NCBI GenBank assembly: GCA_001179505.1
Contig: CDMY01000293.1
Span: 67,528 to 131,527, forward strand
DNA length: 64,000 nt
Source: Vitrella brassicaformis CCMP3155
Taxonomy: Eukaryota > Protista > Chromerida
Direction of reading: 5' to 3'
This document shows positions 58,064-64,000 of the stretch, piece by piece (position 1 is the first letter of the stretch; the number at the start of each line of letters is the position of its first letter). The position numbers and the translations under genes were made by a program. The notes below the pieces were generated by a model, which saw only the letters and a program-made list of their open reading frames with translations, was not told where the DNA came from and made no database searches.

Positions 58064-59793
58064 ATGGCGGCCAACCTGGACCAGTTTCATGGAGGTGAGC
58101 TGAGGGGAGGGCGGCAGAGTGGCAGATCTGGGCAGTGGAGAGGGTGGGGGAGGGACCTGACGCGCGCAGGGTGTTTGGCCGCTGCTGGGATGGCTGACGT
58201 GGCTGTGGATGCACTGGCGGACCTTGGATGATGTGATGTGTCGTTCTGTGTGTGTGGTTGTGTTGTGTGTGGTCAGCTGAGGTTCGTGTGAAGACGACGG
58301 ATGGCGCTGAGCATCAGGGGCGCATCTTCTGTTACGACGTCACCAACTGCTGTGCGCCCTTCCAGTCTGTCATCCTCCGTGAGCCGACCACTCACGCACA
58401 CGGACCCGCAGCCAGCCAGACACACAAGGGCCGTCCGTTTGGTGAATGAGTCATTGGGAATGCTGTCTAACTGCAGGTGTGCATCACCCTGAGATGCACA
58501 CGTGCAACTACGTCTGGCTGGCCACTGAGAACATCACTGAGCTCAAGGCAGTGGAGCCACAGACACCGGTATGGTATGCACACGCCACGCCTCATCGATC
58601 CGCTCACTCCTGCGTGTGTCACGTCACGGATCGTCCATCGTTCGTTCAGGAGCCTCCCATTCACCTGGAGAACTTCGACCCGGCCGTGGCTCAGCGCAGG
58701 CGCGAGGCGGCACTAAGACACCACCACAGCACGCGCCACCTCAAGGGTGTGGGGGTCGACCCAAAGGGCGAGAAGGTCATCGAGGCACTGGCAAAAATGT
58801 GAGGGAGCAAACCACGCCCCTGAGGCAAGACACGCAAGACACACATCTGTGTGTGGGGATGTGGTGTGTGTGTCAGCAATCCCGAGCGCTCTGTTCGTTG
58901 GGAGGACAAGACCATCTGTGTGTGGGACGTGCGCATCGACCCCCCCTACCGCCCCGAGGACTGTCGCGGAGGGGAGGCCACAGACATCAGACTCTTGCAG
59001 CGAGTCAAACACATGGTACACACCTACCCTACCGCACACAGACCGACGCCACCACTCACTGTGGACGCCGTGTCTCTGTCGCTAGGTGGAGAACATTCAC
59101 CTCAGGGAGGAGAAGCGCGTCCGCCATCTCACTGAGAAGGGCCATCTGTCGTCCCCCTCCCCCTCCCCGCCCCCCGTCCGCCGCGACCACTCGGCGCCAC
59201 TCCCCAGCGCCACTCAGGCGGCCTCATCAGCGGCTGGCGGCCTGCTGCCCACTCCATCCCAGCCACGCAACGCGCCAGCACGGTCGGGCGGCAGGGCCCT
59301 CCAGCCGGTGCCAGAGGAGGATGAGCACCACCACAACAAGGAGAACAACGTCCCTGGCCCCACCCCTGCTCCCGAGGTGGGGCGCAACGGCCGCAGCAAG
59401 CGTCACCCGAGCCACGACAAGAAAGACAAAGACGGCCAGCAGCAGCAGCAGGAGGCCAGCAGCAGCGGGGCGGGTGGGACTGATGGCGGGAAGGCCAGAG
59501 GGGGCGACGGCGAGGGGGCCCCGGCTCCCGCATCCAACAGGCCCAAACACGCCTCCTCACGCAGAGGGTGGGAGAAGCAGCAGCCCAACGCTGCTGCATC
59601 GGCCGCTGCTGCTGCTGCTGCTGCTGCCGCCGCGGCCTCTGCCGACAAACACGACGGTGAGGACGGGGGGAAGGAGAGGAAGGAGAGGGGCAGTGGCGGC
59701 GGGGCTGGTGGGGGCAGTGACGGTGTGGAGGGCGGTACGAGGGACGGGGAGGGGGCCATGGCCACCAATGGGAAAGAGGCGGACGAGGGATGA
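58064..59793 (+). CDS. LSM12: LSm12-like protein (LSm domain + anticodon-binding domain) with disordered C-terminus
   Basis: EVRVKTTDGAEHQGRIFCYD...VILRE (Sm-like), then GVGVDPKGEKVIEALAK, VRWEDKTICVWDVRIDPPYRPEDC. Confidence 0.75.
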
Positions 59794-61316
59794 AGGAAGG
59801 GTGAATGCAATGCGTGTGTGTGTGCATGTTCATCGGGGGAGGGAGGGGGAGGGGGTGTACTGTTATGCCTGGATGGATGGATGGACGGATGGATGGATGA
59901 TCGGTTGGTTGGTTGATGCCTATGGAATGGTCTTGTGTGTGTTGGGTGGGCATTCATTGTGTCGCCGAGGACTTCGCTGAGTGAGGCAAGCGATGCGATC
60001 GAGGCACGGCCCGCTTCGATGCACCGCTTGACCTTGTGGCTTCTTCGATGGCATGATGGATGCCCCACACACACTCCGACGCACACTACACTACACGCAC
60101 ATAGACAGACAGACAGACAGACAGCAATAAACAGAGAGTTACCGGACAAGCTCAGAAAAGCGCGCGGCGCGGCAGATCGACATGTTCTTACTCTGTCAGC
60201 AAAGCACGACGATTCCTCTTGGCTGGCGGCATAACAGGACTCGACCGTAGTATGTGACCATGCTCTGGTCGACGCCTGCGATGCCGCCGTCCCAGGGGGG
60301 TCACCGGCACACTGACAGCCAGACAGTCCTGACCTTCCGAGCACACCACACATACTATTAGCGAGTTGAGTGTCGTGAGGCACTGACTGCCTGCAGTGAG
60401 GAGGACACGACGGACCAATGCTCTCGTTCATTCCCTGCATGCTGCATTTGAGCGAGCCAGTGTGTGTGTTGCACTGTCTTTCGTCCCGAGTTCGCAGCCG
60501 AGACCACCATGGTGGCCTAAGCTTACTGCGGTCTCGGGGGCGACGAAAGGCCATGCAGCCAGCCAGCTGATGGATGGATGGAGAGGAGACGACAGAGGAT
60601 TGTCGTGTGCCGTGCTGTGCCGTGTCAGCCAGCTGCCTGTGTGGACCAGACCAACCCGTGTGAGTGCGTCGTATGTATGGCCATATGGGCGTAGGCAATC
60701 AATCGCGCCATCGGAATGAATCATTATGGAGCGTTACGCTCCATAATTAGTGGATCGTTACGCTCAGCACCAGGGAGGGCTGTTTGTTTGTTGGTACCAC
60801 TGCACAGCACTCACAAATACCCACACCAGGTCTCCTTGCCACAAAGAGAGCGCCCGGCCCGCAGACACTCACTCACGCACACTCGCACACACAGAGCTGC
60901 ACAGGTGTCTCTCTGTAACACACACACACACACCGACATGGTGGCTGGCCTTGCAGAGCGGTGGAAAGGATGTGTGTGTGTGTGTGCCTTCCCTTGTCGT
61001 GTGGTGTGGTGTGTGCCTCGGCCTTTTCTACGTGGGCGGACGTGCTCGTGTGTATGTCAGACGTGACACGCATCAGCCAGACCGAACAAACCAACCAACA
61101 AACAGCGGTCCAAACAGAACCAGGGGAAAAAGGGCCTCGATTATCTCTCTTGGGGCGAGGCAAAGGAAAGGCACTCACACACACTCACACACACACACAC
61201 GGACGCACACACGCATCCATTCCATTCAATCACACACACAACCATCCCTGCCATGCATGTGGCTCCCTCGCTCTCCCTCTCCCTTGTCTGTCTATGGTGT
61301 GTATCGATGCAGTAAG

Positions 61317-62545
61317 TCAGGTGCGGAAGAGCCGCATCTGGGGCGGCGTGCCGCCCTCACCCTGCTCTACTACATCCCCTCCTTCTTTGTCCCCCCAGCT
61401 GTCCACGGGCTTGTCCTCCTCCCCCACCACCGGCAGCCGCTGCTTCTTGCTGGCCGCCCTCTTCTTCGCCCCACTACTGCCGCTGCCACCCCGATTGGCC
61501 GCCACACCCCCTCCCCTGCCCCCGCTCCGCTGGCGGAGCCTCTTCAGGCGACTCACAGACACAGACACCGCCTCCTTCTTGGGGGTGCCCTCGTTGTCGC
61601 TTCGCGTGTTGGGCGGGGCCACCGTTGTGTTGCCCTCGTTGTCCGCTGGTGTAAGCGGGGGCGTGCCTGACTCGCTCTCGCTGGCGCCCTTGCCCTTGCC
61701 CTTGCCCTTGGCACCCGCCTTGATGTGCTCCTCGTCTGAGCCGCTCTGCTGCATGTCGACGTCCATGTCAACGGGGCCGTTGTGGCCGCCGTCCGCCCCC
61801 TCCTCGGGCAGCCCGAACAGCTTGCCCTTGAAGTTGGCGAACAGACTGGCAAACGGGTCGTCTGCAGGTGGAGTGTCGTCAACCGCACCACTGGTGCTGC
61901 CGCTGCTGCCGCTGCCGGCCAGCGCCTCCCCTCCCGCCTCACTCTCAAGCCGTGACACGCCACGCTTGGAGCGACACACGCGGGAGGGGCAGGAGGGAGC
62001 GGACGGCAGGGGTGTCTTCTTGATGGGGTTGCGTGCGTGGGAATTCTTCTTGGTGCGATTCTTCTTGCGGCGGGGTGAAGGGGGCTGTGGGGCGTCGGGG
62101 AGGTTGCGAGCCGGGACGGTGCGGGGGTTGGGAGGTGACTGCATGGACGCAGAGAAAGAGGGGACCGAGTGCATGTGTGTGTGGCGGATGTTGTCTTATA
62201 AAGTAGAGGTAGAGGGGGGGAGGGGGAGGGGGAGGGGGGTGGCTGCTTACGGCGAGTTCCTTCATCATGTCCCAGAAGAGTTCGTCTCCCATGGGGTCGA
62301 TCACCGTCTGAAACATCCCCGCCAACGTCTCCAACTCCTGCACACAGTAGGCAGCGGAGGCAGAACACACGCACACACACACACACACACACGAGACACG
62401 GATGCTATGTGGGTTTATGTGGTGTGGTTTGGTTTGGTGGGGTACTGCGTGGTGTCGGACCTGTGTGAGTTTCTTGATGTCAGGCATCTGGATGAACTGG
62501 ACGTAGCGCTTCTGCAGCTCGCCACTCTTGGACCTGCACCAACAC

Positions 62546-62581
<36 letters not shown>

Positions 62582-63716
62582 CATAGAGACGTACAAACGG
62601 TGTCATGTCATGACAGAGCTGGTCGGTCGAGAGAAAGGTCTCTCCTCTCTCTCCCGCCCTCCCTCTCTCTCTCTCACACTTGCACGTAGTCTTCGAGTGC
62701 GGACATGTCAGTGGGGCTGTCGCCGATCGTGACGCACATACCCAGGTCCATGTCCTCAGAGTACTTGTCTAACTCGTCGCGAAAGGTGTGCACCTGCACA
62801 CACCAACCACACACACACACAGAGACCCCCCAGCCATGGGATGTGCGCTGGTGTGGTGGGAGGGTGGGTGAGTTGGCGGACGGACCTTCCACACGAGTGA
62901 GCCGCCGCTCTCTGTTGGGTACTGGTGCTCATATCGCTCGCGGGCCGATGTCGCCTCCACCTGGTGGCTGTCCATCAGCGCCTTGAGCCGAGGCATCACG
63001 CCTGACGACATCCTATCACCCAACACACACACACGGAGAGAGAGTGTATGTGTCTGTCTGTGCGTCCGTGTGTGTGGTGACTCGACGTGGCCATGATGGC
63101 TTATGGCTTACTTGAACCAGAACATCTCGGCGTTGGTCACTATTATCACGGGCCCAGCCCTGAGGGCACCCTCCATGGCGCGCACCGCGGCACTCTCCAA
63201 CTCCTCCAACTCCATCCATCCATCCGTCCATCCGTCCATCCGTCCATCCGTCCATCCGTCCATCCGTCCGTCCGTCCGTCCGTCCGTCCGTCCGTCCGTC
63301 CGTCCACACACACACCCAGAACAGCCAGCTATACATTCACCGCCTGCAATGGCCGGCAATGCATGGCCACCTATGGCCGCAGTGGTCACACCAACGTACC
63401 TACCTACCAGTTTGCCCTTCTTGCCCGTCCGCAGGCGATCCAGCCGCTTCTGCACTTGTTTGATCTCCATCGACTGGCCATTCTTGGTCACCTCGTAAGT
63501 GCTGAACAGCGTGTCATCCTGCAACCGTCCACACACGCGCAGGCATTTGAGGCATTTACGAGGTAGATGCATCCTTCCGCCGGTGTGCATGGCTGCCTTT
63601 CTCACCCAATCGAACACGGTCACGGTGCGGAGGGCTCGTGCTGCGCCTGGGCCGTCGTCGGGGAAGTGCTGCGGCCCCTCATGGCCGCTCCGCTCTGCAA
63701 TGATGGAGGACGACAT
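61317..63716 (-). CDS. HAD-superfamily protein of the alveolate FDWDDTL type (HADO-like) with long disordered tail; 5' end uncertain
   Basis: Motif I TVTVFDW|DDTLFST is split by an intron. Also IIVTNAEMFW, SARERYEHQYP...VWK|VHTF, TIGDSPTD, VQFIQMPDIKKLTQ|ELETL. Confidence 0.8.
63213..63305. repeat. Intronic (CCAT/CCGT)n microsatellite, representative of many intronic tetranucleotide and dinucleotide repeats in the window
   Basis: Read directly from the sequence. Confidence 0.95.
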
Positions 63717-64000
63717 CGATATGTGGTCGATGCTATGCTGCAGGGTCAATGGGCCGACTCAGTCAACGCATGCGATGGACGGGTGGACTACAAAGCCTTT
63801 AGGAACCTCAAAATGGCTGCCATTTGAGTGCGCCGACTCCCCCTTCAAACACATTGTGACCCCAAGCTTAGCGCAGCGGATTCACATATTTTCACTCGTG
63901 AGCGAAAAAGGCCGGTGAGGACCTTTCCTGTAGTTAGCTGAATAGAGGATCTGCTGGGCGGTAAGTCCCAGAGTAAGAGTGCTTTTACTTTAATAAGACC

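Noticed and set aside
58571-62586. Long shadow ORFs (58571-59980 +, 59403-60698 -, 60961-62586 +, 19247-20365 +)
   Set aside because: Antisense or alternate-frame readings of GC-rich, low-complexity exons and microsatellite introns of LSm12, the HAD gene and the 21417 gene.

Overview
Intron-rich, GC-rich eukaryotic DNA. Introns are short (about 50-150 bp) and full of (CA)n, (GTCT)n and (GGAT)n microsatellites. The gene content (ARO, a HADO-like HAD protein, plastid-targeted ALAD and DUF1997) points to a photosynthetic apicomplexan relative, most likely the chromerid Vitrella (inference). Most genes are split over many exons, so the ORF track shows only fragments; gene models here were assembled by hand from GT-AG boundaries and are approximate. 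Bases 1-21.4 kb hold a cluster of five signal-peptide genes of unknown family: a large helical-repeat protein, a near-identical tandem pair, a hidden Cys/His-repeat gene and an acidic low-complexity protein. Several carry S-F-(L/M)-(E/Q) motifs like apicomplexan rhoptry/microneme maturation sites, and one copy of the pair is bracketed by a ~170-190 bp inverted repeat. The middle holds SSRP1, an ankyrin gene with a +1 frameshift in a G9 run, two disrupted paralogs of a multi-pass membrane family, a DUSP-fold pseudophosphatase and a very large disordered protein. The right third is housekeeping-dense, with tight head-to-head pairs: fibrillarin/DUF1997, an atypical Arf-like GTPase/ALAD (55 bp between start codons) and ARO/LSm12, plus Tim9 and a HAD-family gene. 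Five 300-N gaps are placeholders. No rRNA, tRNA, CRISPR array or intact transposase was recognised.
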